Source of the DNA: a virus
Lineage: Duplodnaviria; Caudoviricetes
Direction: 5' to 3' (one strand)
Virus record (IMG/VR): IMGVR_UViG_3300033233_000040
Coordinates: 1 to 61,753 of that record
Length of the DNA: 61,753 nucleotides
Positions 8,825 to 18,546 of the stretch are shown here, piece after piece (the first letter of the stretch is position 1; each line of letters begins with the position of its first letter). The notes beneath the pieces were generated by a model that was not told the DNA's origin, did no database searches, and saw nothing but the letters and a program-made list of their open reading frames with translations. The position numbers and the translations under genes were made by a program.

Positions 8825-10948
8825 TTATTGTACCATCCAATCGTCCTTGCCCAGGTGAAGGGTTTGGGCGGGTTTACCGATCTCGTTTAATTTGTCCTGC
8901 TCCGCGAGTTTTCTGAGGTGCTCGTTATACTGCGTCTTGTCCGTTGAGTAATCCTGAAACATGGGCGTCTGTGGCTGCGTGTATCCGGCCTCGTTGAGCG
9001 ACGAGGCCATGAGGCAGAGCGCGCGGCAGAGGCCGTACCCGTCAGCCGGCGCTCCCTGTTTGATGTTCCATTCGGACATCTGGTACTGCAGGGAGCCGAT
9101 GCGCTCGTCCAGGGCCAGGGCCTTTTTGAAGATCAGGCGGGCGATGAAAAGGATCGCGCCGCTTTCGTCGTAGTGCTCGTTCTCCCGGATGAAGATGCCG
9201 TATTTCATGTAGAGCGACTTCATGTCGCCGATCTTGTCCGCGAAGAAGGCCTTGTTGCCGAACCACTGGAAGTCCTTCAGGTTGTGGACCACGCCTTCGC
9301 TGATCTCCCGGATAAGCAGCGTCAGCGCCGGGATGGTGATTTCCGTCTGCGCGTTCTGAAAAACCCGCTCTCCCAGAATAAAGAGCTTCATTTTGACGCT
9401 GTGCCAGAGGCAGACGAGGACCGAGGTTTCCATGTTTCTCTCGGTCCAGACGGAGACCAGGGGAATTACGTTCTGCGAGAGCGCCCCCCATTTCGGTTTG
9501 ATTTTGACGATGTAGTCCAGGTCCGTGGGGAAGAAATCCCAGACGGTCTTGGCGATCGCGCCGTTTGTAAAACAAAGGGTCAGGGCGTCGGCGTGGTCGG
9601 GTGAGGAACCGTGCCGCTTCTTGAAATTCTCCTTGGGTTCGATGCGCACCTTTTCGCGGCCATCAATGTCAACGAATTTGAACAGGCGGGAGGAAAGTTC
9701 CGCCACCATGTCCGGGTCATCGGGAAGCGAGATCTGACCCATGACGTTGCGCAATTCCCCCCACATGACACTCGGCACGTCGGCGTATTCGTCGTTGCCC
9801 GCGCCCGCGAAGTTGATGGCGATCGCCTCGATGTTGTCCTCTGTGTTCCGTTTGAGTTTATCGTAAGCGCCGGCACCGTAGCCGCCCGTGTTGTCGATCT
9901 TGATCCGGATCCGCTCCTTATAGAGCAGCGCGCCCCGGATCTCCCGGACCGTGTTGATGATGTGTTCGTAGATCTGGATCTCGTCGGTGCGGGAAAAGGT
10001 GCGGATGGGAAAGACCTTGAACCCCTTGCGCACAACAATGGTTGTAAGGTCGTTGCCGAAGCGGGCGCAGTCCACGCCGATTTCGATGGGGCCGTCTTTG
10101 ACGTTCTCCCGGCCGATAGCCTCCTCTATGCTGGAGAGGGTAATAAAAGCGTCCGGGTTGCCGAGCGGCGGCAGGCCGCGTATGCGAACGCGGACGTAGT
10201 CGCTGTTCTCGCCCCACTTGGCAATATCGCGCTTTATCTTTTCCTTGTTGGTAAGGGGGCTTTGTTCCGCGTCAAAAGTCAGGAGCGCGCCGAAAGGGGG
10301 CACCCAGAGGTTTTTGTCCCGGTGGAAAGCGTCGTGCGCGTATCCCGTGACGACCGTGGGGTTGCCGGCAAAGACCAGTTTGTTGTCGCCCTGCGTCATG
10401 GAGCCGATGATAACATCCCAGATAATGGGGTCCATGATGCCGTAGGCCTCGTCGATGAGCCAGAGCATGTGGGGTGCATGCTGGCCCTGCATATTGTCGG
10501 GTTTATTTGAGGTCCGCGCCAGGGCGTAATGTTCGCCTCCGACCGCCTCGCCGTGCGTTTTGTGGCGCACTTCGGTCTTCATCCAGGTGAGATCGGCTTT
10601 GATGAGGGAGATACTTAACCAACGGCTGATGGCCATCCAGAGGACATCGTGGAGCTGGTGGCCCGTGGGGGCCGTGCAGGGAACCCGGCAAGGACTGGGG
10701 CGGGTGATCAAAAACCAGATGGCAATCCAGGCCTCAAAGGCGCTTTTGCCCGTGCCGTGGCCGCTCCGGATGCCGACCTTTTCGTACTTGGAGATCGCGT
10801 CGAGCGCCTGCTTCTGCTGCCAGGAGATCTGAAACTCTTTCCGCACGTTCCAGAGGATCTGATATTTTACAAATTCGTAGGCGTTATACTGGTAATGGGC
10901 AAGGGCCGCGGCGTCGAGGGATTCCGTGAACTGGGGTTGCGGGCTCAT
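8825..10948 (-). CDS. terL: Terminase large subunit with ~240-aa C-terminal extension
   Basis: Walker A RSGHGTGKS, Walker B WLIDEA, AGNPT, nuclease motifs IGVDCARFGND and SPDHADAL. Confidence 0.92.
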   Translation of the reverse strand: MSPQPQFTESLDAAALAHYQYNAYEFVKYQILWNVRKEFQISWQQKQALDAISKYEKVGIRSGHGTGKSAFEAWIAIWFLITRPSPCRVPCTAPTGHQLHDVLWMAISRWLSISLIKADLTWMKTEVRHKTHGEAVGGEHYALARTSNKPDNMQGQHAPHMLWLIDEAYGIMDPIIWDVIIGSMTQGDNKLVFAGNPTVVTGYAHDAFHRDKNLWVPPFGALLTFDAEQSPLTNKEKIKRDIAKWGENSDYVRVRIRGLPPLGNPDAFITLSSIEEAIGRENVKDGPIEIGVDCARFGNDLTTIVVRKGFKVFPIRTFSRTDEIQIYEHIINTVREIRGALLYKERIRIKIDNTGGYGAGAYDKLKRNTEDNIEAIAINFAGAGNDEYADVPSVMWGELRNVMGQISLPDDPDMVAELSSRLFKFVDIDGREKVRIEPKENFKKRHGSSPDHADALTLCFTNGAIAKTVWDFFPTDLDYIVKIKPKWGALSQNVIPLVSVWTERNMETSVLVCLWHSVKMKLFILGERVFQNAQTEITIPALTLLIREISEGVVHNLKDFQWFGNKAFFADKIGDMKSLYMKYGIFIRENEHYDESGAILFIARLIFKKALALDERIGSLQYQMSEWNIKQGAPADGYGLCRALCLMASSLNEAGYTQPQTPMFQDYSTDKTQYNEHLRKLAEQDKLNEIGKPAQTLHLGKDDWMVQ

Positions 10949-11676
10949 TTTATCAGTTTTTTGAATAGGCGGTCGAGGTTCGGGGAGGCGGGAAGTTTGA
11001 GCAGCTCAAGGAAGGCCTTGTCCTTCTGCAGGGCTGTGAGAATGTCGGTTTCAAATTGGTCCAGGTCCAGGCGGGGGATCTTCCGGAACTTGCCGGCGTG
11101 GAGTCCGTGGATAGCCCATGGATGCGGGAGAAGGCCAGGCCAGGCCAGGTTGCTTTCGTTGATAATAGATAAAAGGGCTCGCTCATCCGCACCTTCAATC
11201 GCGTTCAATACAGAATGGCAGGCCTCAAGCATGTATCTCGCTTTCCGAGTTTTATCCCACCATTCCTTGGTAACAAAGTGAACACCCGGGCAGCGGTCGT
11301 CGCCCAACATGCAGTTGTCATAGCAGCCGGTGCCGTGCTTTTCCATGGACCGACAGTGCTGATCAACAATATTGGGGTCCTCCGGGCCGATCAGGATGTC
11401 CGCGTCCGTGATCAGGCAATAATCATATTTGGCGGCGATCTCCTCTATTTCCGGGCTGATGAACCGGACCAGGGCCGACACGTATGGCGGCATGTCCCCG
11501 AGATTGATGGTTCGGACATCGTATTCGGGATAGGCGCGCATGGCGCAATACTCAAACAGGGGCAACCATCCGGCGTAAGCGTTGTTGGCGGCCGCGATAA
11601 TGCACATGGAGCCCGGGTAGTGTTTGTCCACCAGGAGCCTATTTTGTTGCGCCGGCGTGAGCTTCTGCGAGGTCAT
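10945..11676 (-). CDS. Putative GT-A fold nucleotide-sugar transferase
   Basis: YDYCLITDADILI DxD motif; located in glycosylation cluster. Confidence 0.55.
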   Translation of the reverse strand: MTSQKLTPAQQNRLLVDKHYPGSMCIIAAANNAYAGWLPLFEYCAMRAYPEYDVRTINLGDMPPYVSALVRFISPEIEEIAAKYDYCLITDADILIGPEDPNIVDQHCRSMEKHGTGCYDNCMLGDDRCPGVHFVTKEWWDKTRKARYMLEACHSVLNAIEGADERALLSIINESNLAWPGLLPHPWAIHGLHAGKFRKIPRLDLDQFETDILTALQKDKAFLELLKLPASPNLDRLFKKLIK

Positions 11677-12607
11677 GGAGGTACCTTTGATAAGTGTTTT
11701 TATAACTCGGGGTTTTGTAGAGCGCGTGGGATTCGTCGAAGTCCAAGGGTAATTTGCTGGGCCACGGGACTTGGGGATGTTTGTCCAGCTTCAATTTCCG
11801 GCTGAAAGGGAGTGCTTTTTGGAAGGCTTGGACAATGGGGAGATCCCGGCAGGTTTCCGGCAGCTCGGTAAGCTGAACGACTTTGATGGCGTGCCATTGG
11901 TGTTCGTGGTTCTTGATTGGGAGAAGGTCCATGGCCGTGGGCAGCTTGTTCCATTTCTCGCGCACCCACTCGGCGGAGTCCACCATGGCGACACTCTCGG
12001 TACCGCAGGAGGTTTTGTGTTTCTGCAGAACATCGCGCAGGGATTTACGCACCGCGCAGAAGTGATGAAAATGCACGCTGGGCAGCATGGTCTCGGGTTG
12101 CGTTTTGCACCCGCGCACGCCTTGGTACCCGGAGCCGGTTTTTACGAACACTACAGGGCAAAGGGTGTCGAACTCCTGTGTTCGAAAGAACGGGGACTTG
12201 ATATACGAATACATGTTGCAGCGGTAAGCGTTCGCCGTGCCCTGCGGATCGAGTGTTGCCAGGGCGCGGATCAGCATGCTGTTTTCCCAGACCTCGTCCG
12301 TGTCGATGAACATTTTGAAATCGTAGTGGAAATTCATGTGAATATATTGCAAACCGTGCCCATACTGTTCTTCTTGGCTTTTTGTGTCCAGGTAGAGGTT
12401 GATGATTTTGTTGTCACGATCGTGCTCTTTCTTCCAGGCCTCAATAAGAGGCGCGACCGTGTTGGCACTCTTCTCCCCCAGCCAATTAATGTTCGAATGG
12501 ACGTAGACGATTTTGTACATATAATTGTAGATGGATTCGAGCGACGCTATGGCGAATTCCTCTCCCTTATGCGTCTTGGTGATGGAAATGACGCGCATCA
12601 ATACCAC
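11639..12607 (-). CDS. Glycosyltransferase family 2-like protein
   Basis: GT2-like N-terminus (SLESIYNYMYKIVYV), MFIDTDEVW DxD motif, HFHHF. Confidence 0.65.
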   Translation of the reverse strand: MVLMRVISITKTHKGEEFAIASLESIYNYMYKIVYVHSNINWLGEKSANTVAPLIEAWKKEHDRDNKIINLYLDTKSQEEQYGHGLQYIHMNFHYDFKMFIDTDEVWENSMLIRALATLDPQGTANAYRCNMYSYIKSPFFRTQEFDTLCPVVFVKTGSGYQGVRGCKTQPETMLPSVHFHHFCAVRKSLRDVLQKHKTSCGTESVAMVDSAEWVREKWNKLPTAMDLLPIKNHEHQWHAIKVVQLTELPETCRDLPIVQAFQKALPFSRKLKLDKHPQVPWPSKLPLDFDESHALYKTPSYKNTYQRYLHDLAEAHAGATK

Positions 12608-13623
12608 CCTTTCCAGGCGTTGTGAGGGTTCATGTCAAAGAGGTATCCCGGAGTGTTGATCTTTGACCGGTCAAACCATTCGGGTAGCTCCCCTTCCGTG
12701 ACCGCCTTCAGGCCAGCGCCGTCGAAGCCCGCGGCATACACCCTGTTCCATCCCCCGCAGTGCATGAAGAACGCGCACCTGTTGCAGGGTTCGCCCTGAA
12801 TGGCGACACTGCCGCCCATGCTGTTGACCGCGTAGTCCCATAGATCCGTGTCGCTCTTGCCGCAAGCGCCGTACTCCCATTCTGACGGGTCGTAGAGCAC
12901 GTACCGGGCGTTTACCACGTACTTCCAGTATTTGGGGTCAAGGTGGCACATAGGATGATACCGCAGGGTCGTGGACACGTTACAGTCGATGTAAACGTCC
13001 AGGGCCTTTTCAATGTGGGGACGCAGATCAGCGGGGTGGACGGCGACCTCCTTCAGGCGATCGCGCCATTCGTAGTGCGGCAGGAAGCCCAAGAGTACGC
13101 CGTGCCGGCAGCCGTGGTTTACCATATCCTCGGCGATGTCCGGCAGGGTGGTGTAATTCTCTTTCTGGAGGGTCGTGTTGGCCCGCCAGGGCGCTCCGGA
13201 GAAGCGCAGCCAGTCCTTGAGCGCCTCCTGGTGCTTGGACGCGATGGGGGTATCCATGATGGTGTTGAGCACGTTTCCGAGGCCGTGGGCGGACAGGTGC
13301 AGATGGTTGAGCCCGCGGACGTACAGGGCGGAGGCTTTGTCCGGGGAGACGATGCCGTTGGTGATGAGGCTGCAGGTGAAGCCGATCTCCCGGCAGTAGT
13401 CGATGAGGTCGTTTAGGTACGGGTAAAGGGTAGTTTCGCCCCATCCCACAAGAACGGCGTGGTTACAGCCGCGGGCCTTGGCCGCGGTGAGCTGGGCCTG
13501 GATGTCCGGGAAAGGGACATCATAGGCTTTGTTAAAGTCCGGGGAAAAGCGGTAAAAGCAGGTGCGGCAGGCGGCATTGCACCGGCGTGTCACATCGAGC
13601 CCGACCTTGCGGCAACGGTTCAT
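12598..13623 (-). CDS. Radical SAM enzyme with C-terminal SPASM-like cysteines
   Basis: CNAACRTC (CxxxCxxC), GWGET, ITNG, C-terminal CNRC...HCGG. Confidence 0.88.
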   Translation of the reverse strand: MNRCRKVGLDVTRRCNAACRTCFYRFSPDFNKAYDVPFPDIQAQLTAAKARGCNHAVLVGWGETTLYPYLNDLIDYCREIGFTCSLITNGIVSPDKASALYVRGLNHLHLSAHGLGNVLNTIMDTPIASKHQEALKDWLRFSGAPWRANTTLQKENYTTLPDIAEDMVNHGCRHGVLLGFLPHYEWRDRLKEVAVHPADLRPHIEKALDVYIDCNVSTTLRYHPMCHLDPKYWKYVVNARYVLYDPSEWEYGACGKSDTDLWDYAVNSMGGSVAIQGEPCNRCAFFMHCGGWNRVYAAGFDGAGLKAVTEGELPEWFDRSKINTPGYLFDMNPHNAWKGWY

Positions 13624-14246
13624 TGGGGCCTCCTGTAAATGTCGTTGATCTGGAGACGGATGATTTTCTCGTATCCCTTGCTCTTCATGAATTCCTCAAC
13701 CTCGGGGGTGTTGTAGTTGTTCTCGATGTCGAAGATGTCCACCGGATATTTCGCGAAATCGAGCGATCGCAGGGCGGGGAGTTCCGCCCCTTCCACGTCC
13801 ACGCTCATGTAATCGATCGGGCGCAGGTGAAACTTCGCGGCGTCGAGCGCGCTGTTCAGTGTAATGCAGGGAACCCGGATGGTGCGGAGCTGCTCGGGCG
13901 CGTGGCGCGCGCGGATGCGTTCGAGGTTTTTGTCCCCGAGGGTTTCGGAGAGTCCGCTTAAACCCGTCACGTTCCCGCATACCGTGAAATCCGCCACGCC
14001 GGGCTTATCGTAGATCGCGGCATTGAGGCAGACGGATCCGCCGCGGTTTACAACCAACTTCTCGAACTCAGACGGGTTTGCCTCGATGAGGAGTCCTTTC
14101 CATCCGAGTTCGCGCTCAAAGAAAAGGGTGTTGCTGGTGATGATGCCGTCGATCGCGCCGAACTCGACGAACAGACCGTCGCGTTTTCCCTTGAAGATAT
14201 TTTCATTCAACCATTGGTCCTGACCATGTTCCGAGTGGTACATCAT
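13620..14246 (-). CDS. FkbM-family methyltransferase
   Basis: SEHGQD, FVEFGAIDG...SNT, LIEANP, IDYMSVDVEGAEL. Confidence 0.9.
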   Translation of the reverse strand: MMYHSEHGQDQWLNENIFKGKRDGLFVEFGAIDGIITSNTLFFERELGWKGLLIEANPSEFEKLVVNRGGSVCLNAAIYDKPGVADFTVCGNVTGLSGLSETLGDKNLERIRARHAPEQLRTIRVPCITLNSALDAAKFHLRPIDYMSVDVEGAELPALRSLDFAKYPVDIFDIENNYNTPEVEEFMKSKGYEKIIRLQINDIYRRPQ

Positions 14247-15559
14247 GACTCCAGGGTTAAAGAATCCTGCATGTGGTGGTGGATGGCGTAAGCGCCCTTT
14301 GCAATCAACCGGCGCTGCTCTTCCGGGTCCGCTGCCGCGGCAACGGCCTCTTTCTTTCCAGCGATCGGGAGGATGCGCGCGGCGTCCGCGACGACGTAAA
14401 GTTCAGGGTGATCTTTATGGGCGGCGAAACAGCACCAGGTACCGTAATCCCACCATTCCGGCTTGGCGCATATCTTGGCCTTGATGACCGCGACGAGATG
14501 ATTGATGCCGGCTGATTCGGGGCGGCAGGCCAGGACGCCGTTGGCCACTATCTGTCGGTCGGCGGACGCGAAGAAAAGCATCTGGTCGCCGCTCAAACGG
14601 ATGTCTTCGCAGATGCGGCGGACCGGGACCAGGGGAAAGAAGTCCACGTCGAAATACCAACCGCCGTACCTCTTGAGTACGGACGCGCGGATAAGATCGG
14701 AGCGCATGGACCAGGTGTGCTGCGGGTGGTTGATGCGGTCGTAGGCGTCTTTGAACTCGGGTAAGAGCGACGACTCGTTGTGAATCCTGATTTGAAAGCC
14801 GGGGTTGAGCGTGCAGAACCGCTCGATGTTCTCCGCCGCCCACCGCGGCATATCCGGCCCGACCCAGACAAAATGAATGATCTGCGGAATGCCGGAAAAA
14901 GCGCCCTCTCTCCGCCCCTTCCATTTCTTTTCAAAATAGGCCTGGTTGTGCTCCGCGTATTTGCCGTGCTGGTTTTTTTGTTCGTTGGCGTGGATGAGGC
15001 GGCATTTGTTGTTGATGATGAAGCGGCCACTCGGATAGCGTTCCTTGATCTGGATGCAGAAGTCGTCGTCCTCGTAGCCGGAGCCGATGAAGTTTTCATC
15101 AAAGCGGATGCCGTCATTGCGGAACGCGATCGCGGCCGTGGGCGCGCGCGGGACATCGCAGTAGGGACCGGTGCTCTCGCCCTGGAACATCATGGGCGCG
15201 TTGCTGCCGTCCGGGTGGACAAGCCTGGCGGACACGTAGACGATGGATTTGTCATCGAGCAGAGGGCGTATAAGGTCGTTCATCCACCCCTCGTAAAAGC
15301 CGAAGATGTCGTCGTCAACCATGATCACGATGTCGGTTGTGGCATGGTTAAGGCCGATGTTGCGGTTCTTGGCCGCGCTCACGGGCTCACAGGTCTTGAT
15401 GATTTTATCGTTCGGGGAAAAGCCCTCGATCTCGCAGACCTGCGGGGCAATGGCGAGCGCGGATTGGCAGGTTGGGATGATGATATCTACCGCGGGATAG
15501 AGGTATCCGGGAGTGAGGGTGTAGGGAATCATGCTTCCTTCTTTTTGCACGGCAGGCAT
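14243..15559 (-). CDS. Two-domain glycosyltransferase (GT2 fused to GT32/DXD family)
   Basis: VDIIIPT...RNIGL...MVDDD...GYEDDDF (GT2) then IPQIIHFVWVG...SDLIRA..L.RYGGWYFDVD (GT32); start may be 15532. Confidence 0.85.
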   Translation of the reverse strand: MPAVQKEGSMIPYTLTPGYLYPAVDIIIPTCQSALAIAPQVCEIEGFSPNDKIIKTCEPVSAAKNRNIGLNHATTDIVIMVDDDIFGFYEGWMNDLIRPLLDDKSIVYVSARLVHPDGSNAPMMFQGESTGPYCDVPRAPTAAIAFRNDGIRFDENFIGSGYEDDDFCIQIKERYPSGRFIINNKCRLIHANEQKNQHGKYAEHNQAYFEKKWKGRREGAFSGIPQIIHFVWVGPDMPRWAAENIERFCTLNPGFQIRIHNESSLLPEFKDAYDRINHPQHTWSMRSDLIRASVLKRYGGWYFDVDFFPLVPVRRICEDIRLSGDQMLFFASADRQIVANGVLACRPESAGINHLVAVIKAKICAKPEWWDYGTWCCFAAHKDHPELYVVADAARILPIAGKKEAVAAAADPEEQRRLIAKGAYAIHHHMQDSLTLES

Positions 15560-15946
15560 TTACTCCCCTGAGTTTTTCTTGGCCCAGAAGATGGGCCATT
15601 GAATGGCGATTTCGGTTTTGAGGCGGATGATGTTCTCCCGGGCCTTGTCCACAACGACCTTCTTGGAGTGCTTCTCCACATCGAGCGCGGCCATCTGCTG
15701 GCGGAGTTTGCTGATCTCCCCGCGCAGCTCGAATTGTTTGCGCCGGACTTCATTGAGGTCCTGGGCGACAACAGCGTGCGCCTGGTTGGCGAGCTTCATC
15801 TCCTCTTCGAGCTTGCCGATGAACTCGCTGACAGCCGCGGAAGAGCGGTGGTCGGCGGGCGGCGGCGGGGAGTGCCCCACCCCTTTCCCCTCCCTATGAA
15901 TAGGGAGGGGCTCCTTGATGGATGGGATTTTAGTTTTCCGGGCCAT
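15560..15946 (-). CDS. Hypothetical coiled-coil protein
   Basis: SD AGGAGG; tightly packed in the leftward operon. Confidence 0.6.
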   Translation of the reverse strand: MARKTKIPSIKEPLPIHREGKGVGHSPPPPADHRSSAAVSEFIGKLEEEMKLANQAHAVVAQDLNEVRRKQFELRGEISKLRQQMAALDVEKHSKKVVVDKARENIIRLKTEIAIQWPIFWAKKNSGE

Positions 15947-16153
15947 TCAATCCTCCTTTTGGGGATGCGTGCTGGTGATGTGCGGGCCGAGTTCGCAGGA
16001 AAGGGCGGGCATCCACTCCTCGCAGTGGGAACGGGGAATTTTTAAACAGGTCGCCCCGCGCCGGCAACTTTCGCACAGCGGCCAGTAATCGTTTACGCCG
16101 CTGTGTATTTGCTCCTGGTCCTGAAGGTCGCGCTTGGGCAGCAGGTGTTTCAC
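15947..16153 (-). CDS. Small Cys-rich hypothetical protein (GTG start)
   Basis: CESC...C...C; GTGA overlap with the upstream ORF 16150-16347. Confidence 0.45.
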   Translation of the reverse strand: MKHLLPKRDLQDQEQIHSGVNDYWPLCESCRRGATCLKIPRSHCEEWMPALSCELGPHITSTHPQKED

Positions 16154-16347
16154 TTGGCATCCTTTATCCTTATGGCGCGGTTGCTCGCCCAGATTTGCTT
16201 GCGGATACAGTAGCGCAGCTCCATGAGGCAGGCGGGATTCCCCCGCGGGAGAGCCCGGCATGCACACTCGTTTGAGGGCGGGAAGGCCGCAAGGATCTGC
16301 GCCACCGTCATAATCTCCACGGGCGGGATTATTCCGCTTTCAGGCAT
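16150..16347 (-). CDS. Small hypothetical protein
   Basis: MPESGIIPP...; fills the gap between GroES and the next gene. Confidence 0.4.
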   Translation of the reverse strand: MPESGIIPPVEIMTVAQILAAFPPSNECACRALPRGNPACLMELRYCIRKQIWASNRAIRIKDAK

Positions 16348-16619
16348 CCGAGAACGTCCTTCTCGTGCATAACCAGGTAGACCTTGCCGCCGATGACGAT
16401 CTCCTGCCCGGCAAGCTTGGTAAAGACCACCTTGTCGCCGACCTGCAGGGTTGTGGAAACGAAGATGCCGTTGTCGTGCTGGCCCTCCCCGACCGCGATC
16501 ACGGTGCCCTGCAGGGGCTTTTCCTTGATGGTGTCGGGAAGGATGATGCCGCCCGCGCTCTGCGTGGGTTTGGCGTCGGCCTCGATGAGGACGCGGTCGC
16601 CGTTGGGTTTGAAAGTCAT
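16329..16619 (-). CDS. groES: Co-chaperonin GroES (96 aa)
   Basis: MTFKPNGDRVLIE...SAGGIILPDT.KEKP..GTVIAVGEG...VGDKVVF. Confidence 0.95.
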   Translation of the reverse strand: MTFKPNGDRVLIEADAKPTQSAGGIILPDTIKEKPLQGTVIAVGEGQHDNGIFVSTTLQVGDKVVFTKLAGQEIVIGGKVYLVMHEKDVLGCLKAE

Positions 16620-17080
16620 GGGGTCTCCTTGGGTTTTTGGGTTGATATGGACGGACCGTAATTTGCAAAAGCTTTTTGAATGAAGTCTAAAAACTCGCCG
16701 GACACTTTGATGATGTTCTGGATGTCCTCGACGGTGCGGCAGACGTTGTACCCGAGTTCGCGGTTGCGGATTTTCTGCTGGCCGTGGAGTTTGCCGATGT
16801 CGCTTTTGTTCTCGATCAGGGGGGACAGGCAGAAACTTACCCCTTTGTATTTGCCGATGGGGAGAAAGGGCATGTTGTCCGGCCAGGAGCGCAGCTCCGT
16901 AAGAAGGTTGATCTTCACCCCCTCGGAAAGACGGGGATGGGATTTGATGGCCCGGAACATGCCGTCCGGCAGGTGCAGGTGAACCCAGTGGTATAGGGTG
17001 AGCAGTTCGTCGGCGGCCCCCTGCAGACGGTCCTCGGGGGTGAGGGCTTTCTTGCTGGGACGCTTCTTGACGCGCTTCAT
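16616..17080 (-). CDS. VRR-NUC / PD-(D/E)XK nuclease (resolvase-like)
   Basis: WPD...IENKS..GKLHGQQK...GYNVCRTVED. Confidence 0.65.
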   Translation of the reverse strand: MKRVKKRPSKKALTPEDRLQGAADELLTLYHWVHLHLPDGMFRAIKSHPRLSEGVKINLLTELRSWPDNMPFLPIGKYKGVSFCLSPLIENKSDIGKLHGQQKIRNRELGYNVCRTVEDIQNIIKVSGEFLDFIQKAFANYGPSISTQKPKETP

Positions 17081-17115
17081 CTTGGGATGAGCCCGCCCGG
17101 CATAATCGGAACGGA

Positions 17116-17304
17116 TTACTCTTTCGAGCACGGGGCCTCCACGGGCATGGGGATTTTGTTCGCGGCCTTGCATTCGACGCGGGAATGCACAACCATTTGT
17201 GAGAGCGGGAGCCAGAAGGGCCTCGTGACGCCGACCGTGAGCCAGTGCTGAAAACATTCCTCCGAGGTAACGACGCCGCGGAGTTTGCAGTTAAAGATGA
17301 TCAT
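17116..17304 (-). CDS. Small hypothetical protein
   Basis: ATGA overlap with the DUF5131 gene. Confidence 0.45.
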   Translation of the reverse strand: MIIFNCKLRGVVTSEECFQHWLTVGVTRPFWLPLSQMVVHSRVECKAANKIPMPVEAPCSKE

Positions 17305-18011
17305 TGCAGCTCCTTCGGGAATTCGCGCGGGAGCCGCGGAGTAGTGCCTTTATAGAAGAACGGTACGCGGTACTCCTGGCATTGTTCGTACAGGGCTTTG
17401 GGCCAATAGGCGTTGCAGGCGCGTTTGCCCGCGCCGGTCTCCGGTCCGCAGATAACCCATTTAATTTTACCGGTCGCGAGGAAGGAGCCGATATCCACCG
17501 GCCCGAGCATGGGTTCGACGGACAAGAAAAAAGGAAAGCTGTTGCTGCTAGCTATGAGTTCTTTGCAGCGGGGGACGACAACGGCCTGGTTTTCAATGGA
17601 CGCGCCGATCCAGAGCTTTGATAGAGGAGTAGTGCCCTTCATATCGTACAGTTTCCGGACGATGTAATTATACAGATGCCCGATGATATTTTCCGGGCGC
17701 TTCGTGAGTGTAAGGAAAGTGTGCTGCGGATACTGCATTGTGGTTTCGAGGACTTTATAAAACCAGACCGGATCGACGGCGGGGTGAAACATGTCGGTCA
17801 TGGAGCCGAGGAAAACCTTCGAGAGTTTCTTGAGTTTGTCCAACTCCTTCAGGCGCTCGGGATGAAAGCGCAGCGAGAAGTCGCCCTTCATGAAGCGCTG
17901 GTGCCAGGTGTAGGCGAAGCAGTGTTTGCAGCCCTCGGAGAGCTTGGTGCAGCCCGTGATAGGGTTCCACGTGAAACCCCACCAGGAACTTGAATTTTTG
18001 ATTTTGTTCAT
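17301..18011 (-). CDS. DUF5131 / phage Gp37-Gp68 radical-SAM-like protein
   Basis: TWNPITGCTKLSEGCKHCFA, SMTDMFH, LTKRP, SVEPMLG, WVICGPETG. Confidence 0.9.
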   Translation of the reverse strand: MNKIKNSSSWWGFTWNPITGCTKLSEGCKHCFAYTWHQRFMKGDFSLRFHPERLKELDKLKKLSKVFLGSMTDMFHPAVDPVWFYKVLETTMQYPQHTFLTLTKRPENIIGHLYNYIVRKLYDMKGTTPLSKLWIGASIENQAVVVPRCKELIASSNSFPFFLSVEPMLGPVDIGSFLATGKIKWVICGPETGAGKRACNAYWPKALYEQCQEYRVPFFYKGTTPRLPREFPKELQ

Positions 18012-18032
18012 GAATGCTTTTCTCCTCCAAAT

Positions 18033-18069
18033 AAAAAAGGGCAACAAGGTGTAAGGCACCTCATTGCCC
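18033..18069 (-). terminator. Hairpin plus U-tract (family shared with 28349-28387)
   Basis: Minus strand GGGCAATG-A-GGTG-CCTTA-CACC-TT-GTTGCCC-TTTTTT. Confidence 0.55.
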
Positions 18070-18445
18070 GTGTCTGCTTTGCTCCCCGGCCAACGCTGTC
18101 ACATTGGACGAGGGGCGGCTTTGTTATCGAACCGTAATCAGCGTTTCTTTGAGCGGCCCCCCTTGGGTATTGGAACCTCGCCTACGACGCGGATCCGTCT
18201 GGAGATCGTTTTCCTGGCCGTCTTGATGTAGGCATCCATCTCGGCGCGCGCGGCGCTTCCCTTGGGTGCCAATCGGTTGATGTTGACCAGGACATTGCCT
18301 ACGACGCAGCGGCGGGGTTTTTTCACATGATCCTCGTTGGAAAAGGGGGTGGAACTATTTTCAGGGGCCACAGCAGGGGCCACAACTTCAGGGAAGAACA
18401 GGGTAAAGCAGGGTTTTCCGGGATTTCTCAAAACCGTGAAAAAAT

Positions 18446-18483
18446 AAAAAACGCCATTTCTAATTGAAAAATGGCGTTTTTTT
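18446..18483 (-). terminator. Intrinsic (bidirectional) terminator after the tRNA fragment
   Basis: AAAAAACGCCATTT-loop-AAATGGCGTTTTTTT. Confidence 0.8.
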
Positions 18484-18521
18484 GTGGGCGATAGAGGAGT
18501 TGAACCTCTGACCTCGCGCAC
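18484..18521 (-). tRNA. 3' half of a tRNA (probably tRNA-Val); attP core, not a full gene
   Basis: Minus strand GTGCGCGAGGTCAGAGGTTCAACTCCTCTATCGCCCAC: variable loop AGGTC, T-arm AGAGG-TTCAACT-CCTCT, acceptor strand ATCGCCC-A; no D-arm or 5' acceptor strand. Confidence 0.75.
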
Positions 18522-18546
18522 GGGAAGCATGGGAAAACCCTCGTTA

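Noticed and set aside
18484-18521. Complete phage tRNA gene
   Set aside because: Only the 3' half is present; explained as the attP core.
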